From the human T2T-CHM13v2.0 reference genome, Homo sapiens, in assembly GCF_009914755.1 (NCBI RefSeq), contig NC_060930.1: a stretch of 64,000 nucleotides of DNA; one strand, written 5' to 3'. Positions within the stretch are counted from its first letter, which is position 1. Each line of letters opens with the position of its first letter. A model generated the notes under the pieces. The model did no database searches and was not told the DNA's origin. It saw only the letters and a list, made by a program, of their open reading frames with translations. The translations under genes were made by a program, and so were the position numbers. This document shows, piece by piece, positions 42,661 through 57,009 of the stretch.

Positions 42661-43509
42661 ATGAGTTAATATTGGATGCTACTTCTTAGAGATAGGAAAT
42701 CTGCTAAACAAATGGTCTGAGATGTTAGATCATCTCAATTTCATTTCTAATTATTCCCTTGACTTGCTATGGAGCCTTGGACAAATCCTTTAATCTAATT
42801 GCTTTTCTGTTCTCAATCTGTAAAATTAGGGCTTTGATTTAGAATCCACAAATGTATAGAATTGGAAGAGAAGTTTAAAATGTGATCTGATCAAACACTT
42901 TTTTCTATAAACACACATATATATGTACTATACATATATATAACGTATGCATATATTCTAAAATATAATAATAAATAAGTACATAATGTTACAAGTAGCT
43001 ATGTTTTCATTCTGATGAAAGGAGCATCCAAGAAGTGGTGCTAAGCAATTGCTTATTATTGAGAAAAGTTGACATGGGAACATATTAAACTACTGTTCAA
43101 TATGGCCAGATAATAAGGCCAGATATTTATTTTTTCTAAAATACTGAATTAATGTACTAGAAAGGAAAAGACTGGCAGGAATAAGTAAACATGCCAAAAT
43201 ATGAATACAGACAGCTTCTGGGTAGACATAATTATGAACATTTTTCTACTTTTTTAAATCGTCGAGTGTTTTCCAAAATTTCTCAGAGGAGTTGGTGTTA
43301 CTTTTATAGTGTTAAAACACACACTCTCAGAAAATAATGTATATATTCTGAAGTTTTATCTTTCTCCATCCAGGAAAACTCAACTTCCTTGTTTCTAAAC
43401 TAGAGCAGTGTGGGACTAGGTGGAAACTGTGTTAGTTGCTTAATCCATTTTCAAAGATTTTTCAAATGGCTTAATTTTATGTTACAAGTGAATAATTATT
43501 GAGAGGATG

Positions 43510-44640
43510 AGGAGCTAAGCCACAGATGGAGAGAAAATATTTGCAAAAGATATATCTGATAAAGGACTGTAACCCAAAATATACAAAGAACTCTTAAAAT
43601 TCAACAATAAGGAATGAACAACCCAATTTTAAAATGGTCATTTATCTGAACAGAAGTTTCACCGAAGAAGACACAGATGGCAAATAAGCATATGAAATGA
43701 TGCTCAACATTACATGTTCTTAGGGGATTGCAAATTAAAATTAAAAGAACAATGAAATACTACTGCACACCTATTAGAATGGCCAAAATGTAAAAAAAGA
43801 AAAAAAAAAGACAACATCAAATGCTGATGAGGAAGTGAGGCAACAGGAACACTCATTCATTGCTAATGGTAATGAGAAATGGCACACCCACTTTGTAAGA
43901 CTGGCAATTTCTTACAAACACACTCTTACCATATGATCCGGCAATCATAGTTCTTGGCACTTACCCAAAGGAATTAAAAGCTTGTGTTCACACAAAAACC
44001 TGCATAAAATGTTTACATCAACTTTATTCATTATTGTCAAACCTTGGAAGCAACCAAAATGTCCTTCAATACGTGGATGGATGGATAAATTAACTGTGGC
44101 AAATTCAGACAATGGAATATTATTCAGCGATAGAAAAGAAATGAACTATTATACTATAAAAACAAGTGGAGGAAAAGTAAGTGAATGCAATTAAGCAAAA
44201 AAAAAAAACAATCTGAAAAGGCCACATATTGTATGATTCCAACTATGACATTCTGGAAGAGGTAAAACAGCGAAAAGAGCAGTGGTTACTAGTGGTTAAC
44301 AGAAAGGAAGAGGTGAGTAGGTGCAGCACAGAGGATTTCTAGGGCAATGAAACTCTTCCGTTTGATGCTAACATGAAGGATACATGACATTATACATTTG
44401 TTCAAACCCACAGAGTATACAACACCAAGAGTGAACCTCAATGTAAACTATGGAGTTTGGCTGATGATAATGTGTCAATGTCAGCAGGTTAATCAGTTGT
44501 AACAAACACTCCACTCTGGTGGAGGACATTGATAGGGAGGCTGTGCTTACCTGGGGGTAGAGAATATATGGGAATTCCCTGTACTTTCCACTAAATTTTT
44601 CTGTGAACCCAAAACTCCTCTAAAAAAAATTGTTTACTTT
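43510..44640 (+). mobile_element. L1MC (MC1/2-like) 3' fragment
   Basis: ORF2 remnant LFIIVKPWKQPKCPS; 3'UTR acaacaccaagagtgaacc..aatgtaaactatgga...ctgtgaacc.aaaact.ctctaaaaa. Confidence 0.88.
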
Positions 44641-45009
44641 TAAAAGTAAATAACTATATTTACAAATATAGGTAAACTATCCCTGACTGTGGGGATTTTA
44701 AATCATTGGTTTTCGTGCAAGGAATCATATGGAGACAGAGGAGAATCCTGGAGAATATTCTTGAGGATCTATGAAGGTGGTGGAGAAGGCATCAGAAGGA
44801 GCTTCAGTCTCTCTGGGAGCCTCTCTTGTCTCGTCCAGTAGAGCTGAACCTTCCAGATGATGCTGCACTATCGCACTTACTCCACTGGAGCACTTGCCAC
44901 GCCCACTCTGCTAATTTCCGTATGCATCTGTTCCTCACTGGATGCTGGACTTCTTGAAGGAAGAGACCATGGTCCATTGATCATGGCCTCGAGGGTGCAA
45001 ATAAGGGTG

Positions 45010-45090
45010 CTCTCTCTCTCTCTTTTTCTCTCATCACTCTCTCTCTTTCTCATCTCTCTGTTTCTGTCTCTCCTCTCTCTCTCTCTCTTT
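45010..45090. repeat. Imperfect (CT)n microsatellite
   Basis: Direct reading. Confidence 0.9.
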
Positions 45091-45751
45091 CAGAAAGGAG
45101 AAGACTAGGAAAAGATACAAATAAAAATAACCAGAGGAAAGCCAAGAGCGTGCTTTGCACAAACAGGTATTAAAACTGGTAAGGAGAGAGGAAAGGAAGA
45201 AAAGAAGGCCTGAAGGGTCAGGGGAGGAGGGAGAACAAGGGGAGGGCTTGAAGTGGGGCTCTTTTCCTACATATAAGTAGTAGTTATAGGACCATTTGTT
45301 GAAGAAAATATTTTTCTTTCCCCATGAAATTCTTTAGCACTGTTTTCAAAAAATGGTTAGTCACATGTGGGCAAATCTATGTCTGGACTTTCTACTGTTT
45401 CGAGGATCTATCATTTTGCCAATAATACACTCTATTGATTAACATCATGTACATTTTGAAGTTGGGTAGGGTATATACTTGATTCTTGTTTGTTTTTTTT
45501 TTTTGCCTTTCCAAATGAATTTTAAAATTATTTTGTCAATTTCTAGAAAAAAAAGTCACCTCCGAGATTTGTATATCTATGAGAGGAGCTGAGAGAAACT
45601 CTAGTAATAACTGAGCTATCCTACCACCAGATGGATATGAGTGGGGCTCAGAACCAAATTTAATTTGATTTAAAAACAGAGCAATGTGGCATTTCTTGTG
45701 TTTCGTGGGGCAAATAATACTAACGACATTTTTCATGCTTCTCTTCCACAG

Positions 45752-45927
45752 TAGACTCTCGAGCTGCATGAGCTCCAACCGGGGACCCCACACTGTTTCG
45801 CCCCCTCACTGTGCCTGCAGTCTCCTCTCAGTCTCAGCCTAGAGTGCACGGCTCTCTGTTGATAGACTGCCAAAGCGAAGGCTCAGAAAAGAAGGTTAGC
45901 TCTGAAAGGAAGATCTGTCCCTAGAGG
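45752..45927 (+). other. Candidate non-coding spliced exon
   Basis: TACTAAC at 45718-45724, pyrimidine tract and CAG at 45749-45751; donor AGG|GTAAGA at 45928; stops in all three frames. Confidence 0.35.
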
Positions 45928-46169
45928 GTAAGATACGGTAAAGATGTTCTGTTCCTCTTATTTTTAATAGGAGAAATTTAGATATCGTTACTCTAATGTG
46001 AAGGAATGAATGAAAAAGCAGAATCTCATGATCTAGGGAAATATTAACCTGCCGAGTGGAGGATTCTGAACAGGAGACAATATGATGAGGAATTTAGGGA
46101 AGAGATTTGCCTTGGTAGGAGGCTTGAGGCTCCAGAGGCCACACAGGATGCCCTTAAGAGGAGCTGCCT

Positions 46170-46330
46170 GGAACCAGAGCGCTGGACTCAGCCTCTCAAA
46201 GTTCTACAACCTGAGGCAAGTTCTTCACCTCCCTGGGCCTCGGTTTCCTTGTGTGTGAAACTGGAATAATAATAGCACCTTGTCAGTGTCTTTAGAGCGG
46301 TGAGCATGGCACTGCGCGATTATGATCATG
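46170..46330 (+). mobile_element. MIR SINE
   Basis: ggcaagttcttcacctccctgggcctcggtttccttgtgtgtgaaactggaataataatagcacct. Confidence 0.75.
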
Positions 46331-47966
46331 TTACTTGGAAAGTGCAAAGCAGGGGGCCCCTGTGAATATGGGGACGGATTACTGAGAGTGGAAGAGAAGG
46401 CACATAAGGAAGAGCACTCCTCTCAGATGGCCTCAGTGCTCGCTTTCTGCAAAGTAAGAATCAAGGTCAGTAGGGGAGAGTGAGGCTGCAGGGTAGAGGT
46501 GGGGCCATGGAGGTGTCCCTTCAGCGAAGGACAAGTGAAAAGACCTCTCGTTTGCATCACTGGCCTCCTCTGACATCCTTTGTCCATGACCCCCTTCATC
46601 CGTGACCCTCACGGGGGACACATGTGATTTATGTTCAGTAGTAGTAAGGACTTGAGTCCACCTTGCTGGGCCACCTTTGATCCCTGGGGCTTCAGCCCCC
46701 CATGGCTGGGCCAAAACGTTCTCTGTAAAATGAGGACATGATTCTTCTGAGGGAAGGGCCAGCCAGATGCATCCAAGAGGTTCTAAAAGTTCTGAGACCT
46801 AGGAATATATTACAGCTCTCCTATTCCTCCTGATGAATGCTGACACCCACTCACCAGATGGCTGGTCAGAATTACACATATAATCAGTTGTACGCCAGCC
46901 AGCTAAGCTGGGCAACTAGCCTGATCTAGCAAAGTGAAAATCCTCATATCCATAAGTACATCACAGCCCCACTAAGCAGGTACGCACCTTAGAAAAAAAA
47001 TTGAGCTTTCTTTCAAAATCATAAACAGAACAAATTTCATCTTTCTTGTTGTTTTAAAGAAATAAAATAGCAACTAATACTTCACATCTGATATATTACT
47101 CACAGGTAAACAGATTTATGATTACTTAAGAAACTTAAATCCAATTGTCTAAATTGCTCTTATTCCACATAGAATTCAATTATTTGTATTTGCTGAATGC
47201 TACACAATGTAAATGTGCCAAGCTACATAGAATTAAAACGAAAAACCCATAAAACAAATGGTATGACACATACGGGCGGTCAGTCCATTAAAAATAGTTA
47301 TTGAGTACTGTATCTGCGATGTGCCAGAAAATTCATCGAAGAAAGAAAAAATAGCTAACATATTTTAAGTTGCTCAGTTTTGAAGAAAAATTTAAATCCA
47401 TTGAACATAGTATTTGCATTTCTACGACACCAAAACACTTTCAGTAGTTTGAGAGAAGTTCATCTGTAGTTTTAACAAACTGATCCTTTTATGAGAATAT
47501 GAAAGGCATTAGATGCTGCGTCCCATTGCACACATAAACAGACAGAACATTATTTTAAACTATGAACTTCAAAGAGATCAACCCAAAAATGCGAGTGTTA
47601 ACATTACTAGTATGTCATTTTTAAGTGAGTTATGGATTATGTCCCTGGTAGAGTACATTTACATTTAAAGTGTGATTTGAGTTAATTGGGCTTGGCTTCA
47701 TATTTTAAGACAATATTTTAAGACAATCAGTATTGGTAATAAGCAGAGATATTGAATTAAAATGGTGAGATAAAATTTCATTTTAAAGCACCATTAAGCG
47801 TCTTCACAAATTAACTAAAAGCTCATGATTCTCTCCCACTCCATGCTCTCCACCATCTCCTAAAATCAGCACCTCCCAAAGTCAGCTCCAATTCAGCGCT
47901 CAGACACAAAGCTCCAAGGCACCCTTGATTTGGTGCTCTCAAACTTCAGACCCTAGCCAGCAGTGA

Positions 47967-48473
<507 letters not shown>

Positions 48474-48495
48474 TAATCTCCACCAGCACCATAAG

Positions 48496-48524
<29 letters not shown>
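48496..48524. repeat. (CA)n microsatellite
   Basis: About 14 AC units read directly. Confidence 0.95.
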
Positions 48525-48528
<4 letters not shown>

Positions 48529-49046
48529 CTCACACCAGCACCATCACCATAACCTCTATCTCCACCACCACTAACCCCACCCCCACCACACAGCAGTTCT
48601 TGGCCTGTAAAATTTCTAAAGCCCTATCAAGAAGACACTGTCGGGGTCCCCCAGCAAGAAGCAGTCAGTGCTCCTTGGTTATTAAGCCCTGATGTGGCTC
48701 TGGACGAAGCCCCCTCTTCATTGTCCTTGTCCCTGGGCTGGGCTTGTCTCCCCCGGGACACATCTGAAATGGAAATGGGCCTTGGGGAATGCGCCGAGGA
48801 GACATACAGATTCTTCAACTTCCTTCCTCCTCATCCTCATGGAAGGTCGGGGACCAAGGATTGCTTTAGGTTTTGAACAGTAATGAGCTTTTCTTACCTT
48901 GATTTCCTCGGCAGTAGAACTCCTGCGAAAACTCAGTAGCCTTCCAGTCTCTTTGCTCTCTGTCAGTTCCATGTGTCCACAGCTCACTTAGCGAAGCTCT
49001 CAGATCTTTTTCTTTGCTTTCTCATTCCCATTTCTCATCTCTCACT

Positions 49047-49369
49047 CTTTTTTGTTTATTTGTTTGAGACAGAGTCTCGCACTGTCTCCTGGGCTGGAGT
49101 GCAGTGGTGCAATCTTGGCTCACTGCAACCTCCACCTCCCAGGTTCAAACAATTCTCCTTGCCTCAGCCTCTCAAGGAGCTGGGATTACAGGCACCTGCC
49201 ACCACACCCAGCTGATTTTTCTTTTATTTATTTATTTATTTTTTATTTTTAGTGGAGATGGGGGTTTCACCATGTTGGACAGGCTGGTCTCGCACACCTG
49301 ACCTTGTGATCCGCCTGCCTCAGCCTCCCAAAGTGCTCGGATTACAGGCATGAACCACTGCATCGGGCC
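49047..49369 (-). mobile_element. AluS (Sg/Sx-like)
   Basis: Full dimer with expanded TTTA linker; TSD ctcatctctcact at 49034-49046 and 49370-49382. Confidence 0.93.
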
Positions 49370-50009
49370 CTCATCTCTCACTTTTAAGTCAAAGATACCC
49401 TCCCTAGGCTGCAGAGCTTTGATGGAAAGGCCCCACCTGTAATCTACTCTTTCAGACATTTAATCAGATTACAGGTATTTAAAAATCTCAACCCTTAAAT
49501 CTGTGGGCTAAAAGTAGTCAGTGTTTTTCACACTGAGAGAGCCAGATTTCTGACTCTGTATTTTTTATTTCCTTTTACAAATAAGCTGATCTGTCTGTAT
49601 AAGCTCACCCTCTTTCTTATAATGCATTATCACAACGAACCAATATTGACCCAAACAAGCTACATCGTCCTGCTTAAGTGCAAGGAGGGCTGGGCTATAT
49701 TGGGAACCCACACACATACTCAGTGATCCACGCAGCTTGTTGTCAAATTACTTTGCTAAATTTCCTTATCAATTCACACTTCTTCCAGTAGTAGGTAAGA
49801 GTTTGCCTATCTGCATTCTTCATGCTTTTTTGCTGTTGTTATTCTCACATGTCTGTACAACAAAATTTAAGCTTCCTAAAGACTGGAACCATGTCTTCTT
49901 AATTTCTATACATCTCACTACTGGTAATCTGAAATATACTTGAATGTTAATATAATGAATGTATATAAGAAAATGAATAAATGGTAGGATTACGCATCTG
50001 TTTTTAGAG

Positions 50010-50670
50010 GAAAAACTTATGAGTTCCCAGAATGCACATATCAAAACACCTGCCACAGGACTTCGATCTTGACAAAGCTTTACTATAACCCTCCTCAGAT
50101 CTCTTGGAAAACTCTGCTTTTGTGACTTTATCCAGAATAACAGCCAATCCAAAAAAAGTAATTTCCAGCCCCCTGACCTCCACCACAAATCCATTCCAAA
50201 TTTAATGCCTAAAGCTCCGTTAATATGGAATAACACACCCCTTTTGCCCAAAGCCCTGTTAATATGGAATAATGTACTCCCTTTGCCTAAAGTCCTGTTA
50301 ATATAGAATAATGCACCCCTTTTGCCTAAAGCCCTGTTAATATGGAATAATGCACCTTTGTTGCCCAAAGTCCTGTTAATATGGAATAATAAACCCCTTT
50401 TGCCTAAAGCCGTGTTAATACGGAATAACACATCCTTTTTGTCCAAAGTCCTGTTAATATGGAATAATGCACCCCTTTTGCCTAAAGCCCTGTTAATATG
50501 GAATAATGCACCCCCTTTCCCTCTATATCCAGCTCTTTTCTTTCAAACTGGAGACTCCCTGAACCTCTTGAGTATACAGCTCTCTCCTGTTTGGCAAGCT
50601 AATAAATTCAGCACTATTTGTTTGATTTTAGTTCTAGTGGTCTTTATGCCACTGCTTGGCAATGCATACA
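50010..50670 (+). mobile_element. Probable ERV1-type solo LTR, family not assigned
   Basis: CCAAT box (agccaatc, about 50142), then gcaagctaataaa poly(A) signal and a U5-like tttgtttga...gtggtcttt. Confidence 0.4.
50206..50517. repeat. Minisatellite, 8 copies of a 39-bp unit (tgcctaaagccctgttaatatggaataatgcaccccttt)
   Basis: Units start at 50206, 50245 ... 50479 with an exact 39-bp period. Confidence 0.97.
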
Positions 50671-50709
50671 TTCATTTTCCTATGTCTCTCCTGGTCATAT
50701 AGGTAAATG

Positions 50710-50920
50710 ATGCAGCATGATTTGGTGATAAAAGTTTAGTAACTGGGTCAGCCAAACCTGGGTTCAGATCCCAGCTCCATCGTTTACAAGGTAGTTGAAG
50801 CAATCAATTCAGCACTTCATATATCAGTTCTCTGTCCTGTATGAGACAGATGGTACCCAGTGGACATGAATAACCAATAGAAAGCAACTGGAACACAGAG
50901 AACTCAATGTACGCTAACAA
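50710..50920 (+). mobile_element. MIR SINE
   Basis: aacctgggttcagatcccagctccatc.tttac...tcagttctct.tcctgta. Confidence 0.6.
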
Positions 50921-51082
50921 AGTCCAGTTGATTTCTATATATGGGAAACATTTTCAGTAGCTGCCACAATTTTACCTCTAAAAGCAGAGCGAGTCATTCC
51001 TCAGCAAGAACTAATGGATCTTAAACAGAATCTGAGAAGCTCACCTCCCTGACAATGACCTCCTGATCTGTAGAAAGCCAAT

Positions 51083-51128
51083 CTCTCTCTCTCTCTTTCT
51101 CTCTCTTTCTCTTTCTCTATCTCTCTCA
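51083..51128. repeat. (CT)n microsatellite
   Basis: Direct reading. Confidence 0.9.
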
Positions 51129-51207
51129 CCTCAAACTCTACGATTACAAATTAGGATCGAATCCCTCATATGTGTACTTTACCAGTTACATTTGATCTTC
51201 AAAATCA

Positions 51208-51509
<302 letters not shown>

Positions 51510-52569
51510 TCGCCCTATATAGGATTGTCCAAAGGAATCAAGCTTGCGTTTACTCTAGATGTTTAGACTAGTTCATAGGCAAAGTGGGAATACATAAAAA
51601 TCCTAAGTCACAACGTTGTCATCAGGATCACAATCAGCCAAGATAGATGCAGTACAAAACATAATGCTAGTGTAATGTTTCCGGAGCACTGTATCATCTT
51701 CAATCAGTAAAGATTATTTAATTAAATGGAATTATTAAATCACTATAAAATTTTATTAAATGCATATATGTAAACTTGTGTTGGCAAATAAACAAATTTG
51801 AGCTGTATTCAAGCAGCGCTGAATTCCTTATTCTTAGCAAATAATCAAAAGTATTTTCCAAAGTTGAACATTATTAAATGAAAGTAAAACATACGTTAAG
51901 AACTAGTATTGTTGTAAATATGTATGCAACAGAAACTAATCATGTGTACGCATGTGTGTATTTCAGTATCCTGAGTAGGATACATATACCACATTAATTT
52001 TACTAGAGATTAAAGCTGATGAAATGAAATGTATCTTTATGAATGTATATGCATCTGCAAATATCCATGCTACATACATGGAAGTTAAGAATTTCCACTG
52101 GCCATTTGTTCAGCCACTTGAGCGTTATCTTCTGTTTCCTCTGATTTTACAAATTCCTTGATAAATTTCCAAAGGCCCCTTAAAATACATAAGAAATGAA
52201 TATCATAGGTTAGAAAAAAATACATTAAGCATGAAATAAAATTTCAAAATAAGCATCTATTTTAGACACATTTACCCAAAAACAGACAAGATGAGACTTT
52301 GTAATCATTTACTTTTTTAAAACAGATATTTTGAGGGAGTTTTGGCCTTGAATGTAACAGATTCTCTAAATAGATAGATGGATTCCCCTGTAGCATATAG
52401 TGTGGCATGGGAAGTAGGTGTACCATGAACATAATGATATACTTGAGTCCATTCACTTTCATTGCCAAGGCCATGGGAGGTGCTTCCCCAGTTTTGTATT
52501 TGTAACTCTATTCCCTCTTTTTAAGAACACCCAACATGATATAAGGAACCACAAAACCTAGATCCACCT

Positions 52570-53040
52570 GTATGGCTTGCTCAGCACTCTATCCAATCCC
52601 TTTCTCCCATGGCTTTTTCTGCCCCATAAGCTGGAGAGTGGGGTGCTCTATGTTCTGGCCTCTCTTACGGCTGAGAGTGACCTTGGCCCATGGTGCTGGC
52701 CAATGAGATGTGGGTAGGAGCACCTAGAAAGAACTGTCCTTCCTGAATAAAATGGAAAGCCTCAAAATGAGAAGCTCTTTGCCATCTGTCATTCACATTT
52801 CCCTTTCTTAATCCATGGAATGCGGACCCAGTTAATGCCTGAAGGCAGCCATATTGAGACCCCGAGGAGGCAGCAGCCACACTCAAAGGAAAGCAGGGAA
52901 GAAAGGTGAGGAGCCCTAGTTCCTTAATGATGTCATTGAGCCCAAGCCACCTACACCTAAAAATCTTTTTCCTGTTGATACAAATAAGCCTTTCCCTATT
53001 TAAATCATCATATGGTTTTCCATTGCTCTTAATAATACCA
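52570..53040 (+). mobile_element. Ancient ERVL/MaLR LTR (LTR33/MLT1J-like)
   Basis: ctggccaatgagatgt...ggaatgcggac...ggcagccatattg.gac...ggagccctagttccttaatgatgtcattgagc. Confidence 0.55.
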
Positions 53041-54489
53041 CATTCTGAGATTCAAACTATAGTACCAACTCAAAGAAAAGTAACTGTGCGAAGTATAAGC
53101 TTATAATGTAAATAATAATGTTTATACCAATAAGTTTAGTTATAAACAAATGATATAAATCAGCTACTTACTTTTTAAACTAGAATTTTCAGAGTAATAT
53201 ATGCATAGGAGTTTTCAAAGATTTAACATCACTAAAAGCCATATAATTGGAGAAAATAAAGCCATGCCTTCCCACGTTCCTGATTCCTGCCCATGTGAAT
53301 TCACCCTCACCTCCAGCTTTATCCAATAAATTCATTTATATATGACTAAATAAAGTGTACAGATTGAGGTCTAAATCTTAGACTGAGCATTCCAAAGCAC
53401 AGAAAAGAATGCAACATGTGTATTTAATGTAAGCATTCATGAGTGTGAACCCTTCAAAGGTCTATCTAGTCTAATCTAGTTTTAAATAACTGATCTTGAG
53501 AACAGCATGATACTGCTCTAGTTGTTTTATCATGATGTCAATACTTACTCCTGCCTCTCTTCACTGATCTTTCCTATGATCTGCTTCACATGGTTTTCAG
53601 TAACCTACAAAGAATTACGATCAGTTGGTCATGCTTATTACACAGGACAAGCAGTCACCAGAGGAAATATTTTTATTGATAAACATTGATTCACACAAAA
53701 AACTTACTTTTATTTTCTTCTTTAAAATCATATTTTCTGTTTCCAATTGTATAGCTTCATGCTGGAAGAGAAGTTGTTTTAAACACAATATACTTGGTTA
53801 AAAATATTTGTTAATTATTTTTCTCTATTTAACAAGATTATGTGAATGATATTATAATTTCAAGAGTACTCAATAGCACATTACTTAAAAACAGATGAAG
53901 AAACAAAGCATAAAATGAAGGACAATTAATGAGAAGGAAAGATCCTGGTCCTCCCGGTAAAAAACTAGGAGAGGAGGAAATTGATGTTTCAAAATATCAG
54001 AAAATTTTAGGGAAATTCCAGAAGTGAAGGGTTCTTCACTTTTCAGAACTAATGATAGAATTTGTTAAGGGGGCTGGAAAAATATAAAAATACAAATATC
54101 AATAAATCACATATATATCAGCAATAACTGATTATAAACTGTAAGGGGAAATTTTTAAATTACCAGTTATAATAGTAATACATCCCATAAACTCATAAGA
54201 ACAAACATAATTATCTTTCACCAAGTTATAAAAATACATTAAGTAAGTATAAAATAATCCCAGATAGGAGTATTAATATTGTAAAGCTGTCACTTTCTCC
54301 CAAATGCATTTATAAATTCAAAATACCAAAAGTATTATTATTAGAACTTCAAAAATTAATCAATAGTGTTAATGAAAGTATTCAGGATAATTGTGAACAA
54401 AATAATGATGGGCAGAGGGTATAAAGACTTGCTCTTTCAGATATTACATATGTTGAAAAGTATTAGCAATTTTAGTAGTTAGGCTGCAT

Positions 54490-54715
54490 GGGGTATCATT
54501 AAGAACCAAGCCTGAGTTTCAATATTAAGTCTACTGCTTGCTAACTGTGACCTCAATCAAGTTACTTAGCATATTAGTGCTTCATTTCTGTACTTCAAAA
54601 AGAGGATTAATAATAGCAGCTACCTGTTAGGGTTGCTGCAAATTAAATGAAATTATATTTTTTAAATGTTCATAAAAGTGTCTGATACATTGTAAATCCT
54701 CAATACATTCAGCTC
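54490..54715 (+). mobile_element. MIR SINE
   Basis: cctgagtttcaa...ctaactgtgacctc.atcaagttactta...taataatagcagctacct...agggttgctg...aattaaatga. Confidence 0.7.
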
Positions 54716-55928
54716 TTTTTTTTTTTTTTTTTTCCTGGTTGGAAATAGTCTATTTGAAATCTAGAACCAGATACCAATTACATAATAGAATAACAATGGC
54801 AATTCTATTGTATTTTCCAGTATTTGAATTAAGCAGCCAAATATAAATAAGAAGTAGTTAAAGTAATATAAATTAGTGATATGGAATCTTCATAGGGAGT
54901 TTTCTATTTCTTAGACTTGTTTTATCTAAGGAGGTTTTAATTATGAAAGAATAGTTTACATTGTTCTGACATTATATCATGCTTCAATATTTAAATTTAG
55001 AACCCATTACTGTTTTAAAATGCAATTATAAATTGATGCTTGTCCTGAGGACATTTATTTTCTGAAAGAAATAAAGGAGATCAAACCCTAAACAAAAACC
55101 GCGAAGAAAATCTGCAGGGAGGGGCCAAGATGGCCGACTAGAAGCAGCTGCTGTCAGCAGCTCCCACAGAGAAGAACGAAAATGGCAAGTGAATCCTACA
55201 CCTTCAACTGAAGTATCCAGGTTCTCTCACTGGGACTGACTAGGGGGTTGGCACGACCCACAGAGAGCAAGAAAAAGCAGGGTGAAGAGATGGCCCACCT
55301 GGGAGCCGCAAGGGGACCTTCCGCTCCCAGCCAAGGGAGGCAGTGAGTGATTGTGTTACCCTGCCCAGGAAACCATGCTTTTTCCACAGATCTGTGCAAA
55401 CTGCAGATCTGAAGATCCCCTCGTGAGCCCACACCATCAGGGTCTTGGGTCCCAAGCAGGGGTTTACAGACAGAATGTCTGCTGGCTCTGAAGAGTCTAG
55501 TCAGTCTGCACAAGGGGGACTCCCCCAAGCGCAGTGCACCTGCTCCACCAAGGGGCAGTCAGAGTGCTTCGTTAAGCACTCCTGACTGGGTGAGACCTCC
55601 CAACAGGGATCGCCAGACACCTTATACAAAAGCGTTTCTGTTGTAAACAGGTTGGTGCTCCTCTGGGACAAAGCTCCCAGAGGAAGGAGTCGGCAGCAAT
55701 CTTTGCTGTTCTGCAGCCTCCATTTCTGACACCTCCGGGTGCTAGAGGGACCAAGGTGAATAGAGTCCGAAGTGGACCCCCAGCAAACTGCAGCAGCCCT
55801 ATGGAAGAGGGGCCTGTTAAAAAAGCAAACAAACAGAAAGCAACAACAAGAAAAACATCAACAAATGAGACCTCACCAAAACCCCATCCAAAGGTCAGCA
55901 CTCTCAAAGATCAAAGATAGATAAGTGC

Positions 55929-56945
55929 ATGAAGATGAGAAAGAATTAATGCAAAATAACTGAAAACTCAAAAAACCAGAGTGCCTCTTCTCCTCCAAAT
56001 GATCTCAACACCTCTCCAGCAAGGGCATAGAACTGGGCTGAGGCTGAGATGGATGAACTGACAGAATTAGACTTCAGAAGGTGGGTAATAACGAACTTCA
56101 CTGAGCTAAAGGAGTATGTTCTAATCCAGTGCAGAGAAACTAAGAACCATGATAAAACATTATAGGAGCTGTTATCCAGAATAATCAGTTTAGAGAGAAA
56201 TATAAATGACCTGATGGAGTCGAAAAACACAACTCAAGAACTTCACAATGCAACCACCAGTATCAATAGCCAAATAGACCAAGTGGAGGAAATAATCTCA
56301 GAGCTTGAAGAATATCTTGCTGAAAAAAGGCAGACAAGATTAAAGAAAAAAGAATGAAAGGAATAAAAAAAGCCTCTGAGAACTATGGGATTATGTAAAA
56401 ATATTGAAACTACCACTGAGTGGGGTACTTGAAAGAGATGGGGAGAATGAAACCAAGTTTGAAAACATACTTCAGTATTTCATCCAGGAGAACTTCCCCA
56501 ACCTAGCAAGACAGGCCAACATTCAAATACAGGAAATCCAGAGAACTGCAGTCAAATACTCCATGAGAAGATTAACCCCAATATACATAATCATCAGATT
56601 CTCCAAGGTTGAAATGAAGGAAAAAATTGTTAAGGGTAGCCAGAGAGAAAGCCCAGGTCACCTAGAAAGGGAAATCCATCAGACTAACAGCATGCCTCCC
56701 AGTGGAAACCTTACAAGCCAGAAGAGATTGGGGGTCAATACCTAACATTCTTAAGGAAAATAATTTGCAACCCAGAATTTCATAACCAACCAAACTAAGC
56801 TTCATAAGCAAAGGATAAATAAAATCCTTTTCAGACAAGAAAATGCTGAGGGAATTTGTCACCACTAGGCCTGCCTTGCAAGAGCTCCTGAAGGAAGCAC
56901 TAATCATGGAAAGGAAAAACCATTACCAGCCACTACAAAAACACA
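55929..56945 (+). pseudogene. L1 ORF1p remnant
   Basis: Peptide ENILQYFIQENFPNLARQANIQIQEIQRT...IIIRFSKVEMKEK; early TAA and frameshifts. Confidence 0.85.
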
Positions 56946-57009
56946 CAGACCAATGACACTATGAAGGAACTACATTAGCAGGTGTGCAAAATAACCAGCT
57001 AGCATCATG

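Noticed and set aside
50206-50517. Regular 39-bp repeats as a CRISPR-like array or a repeat-protein gene
   Set aside because: Units are head-to-tail with no unique spacers, in a eukaryotic context; the long ORFs follow trivially from a stop-free unit whose length is divisible by 3.
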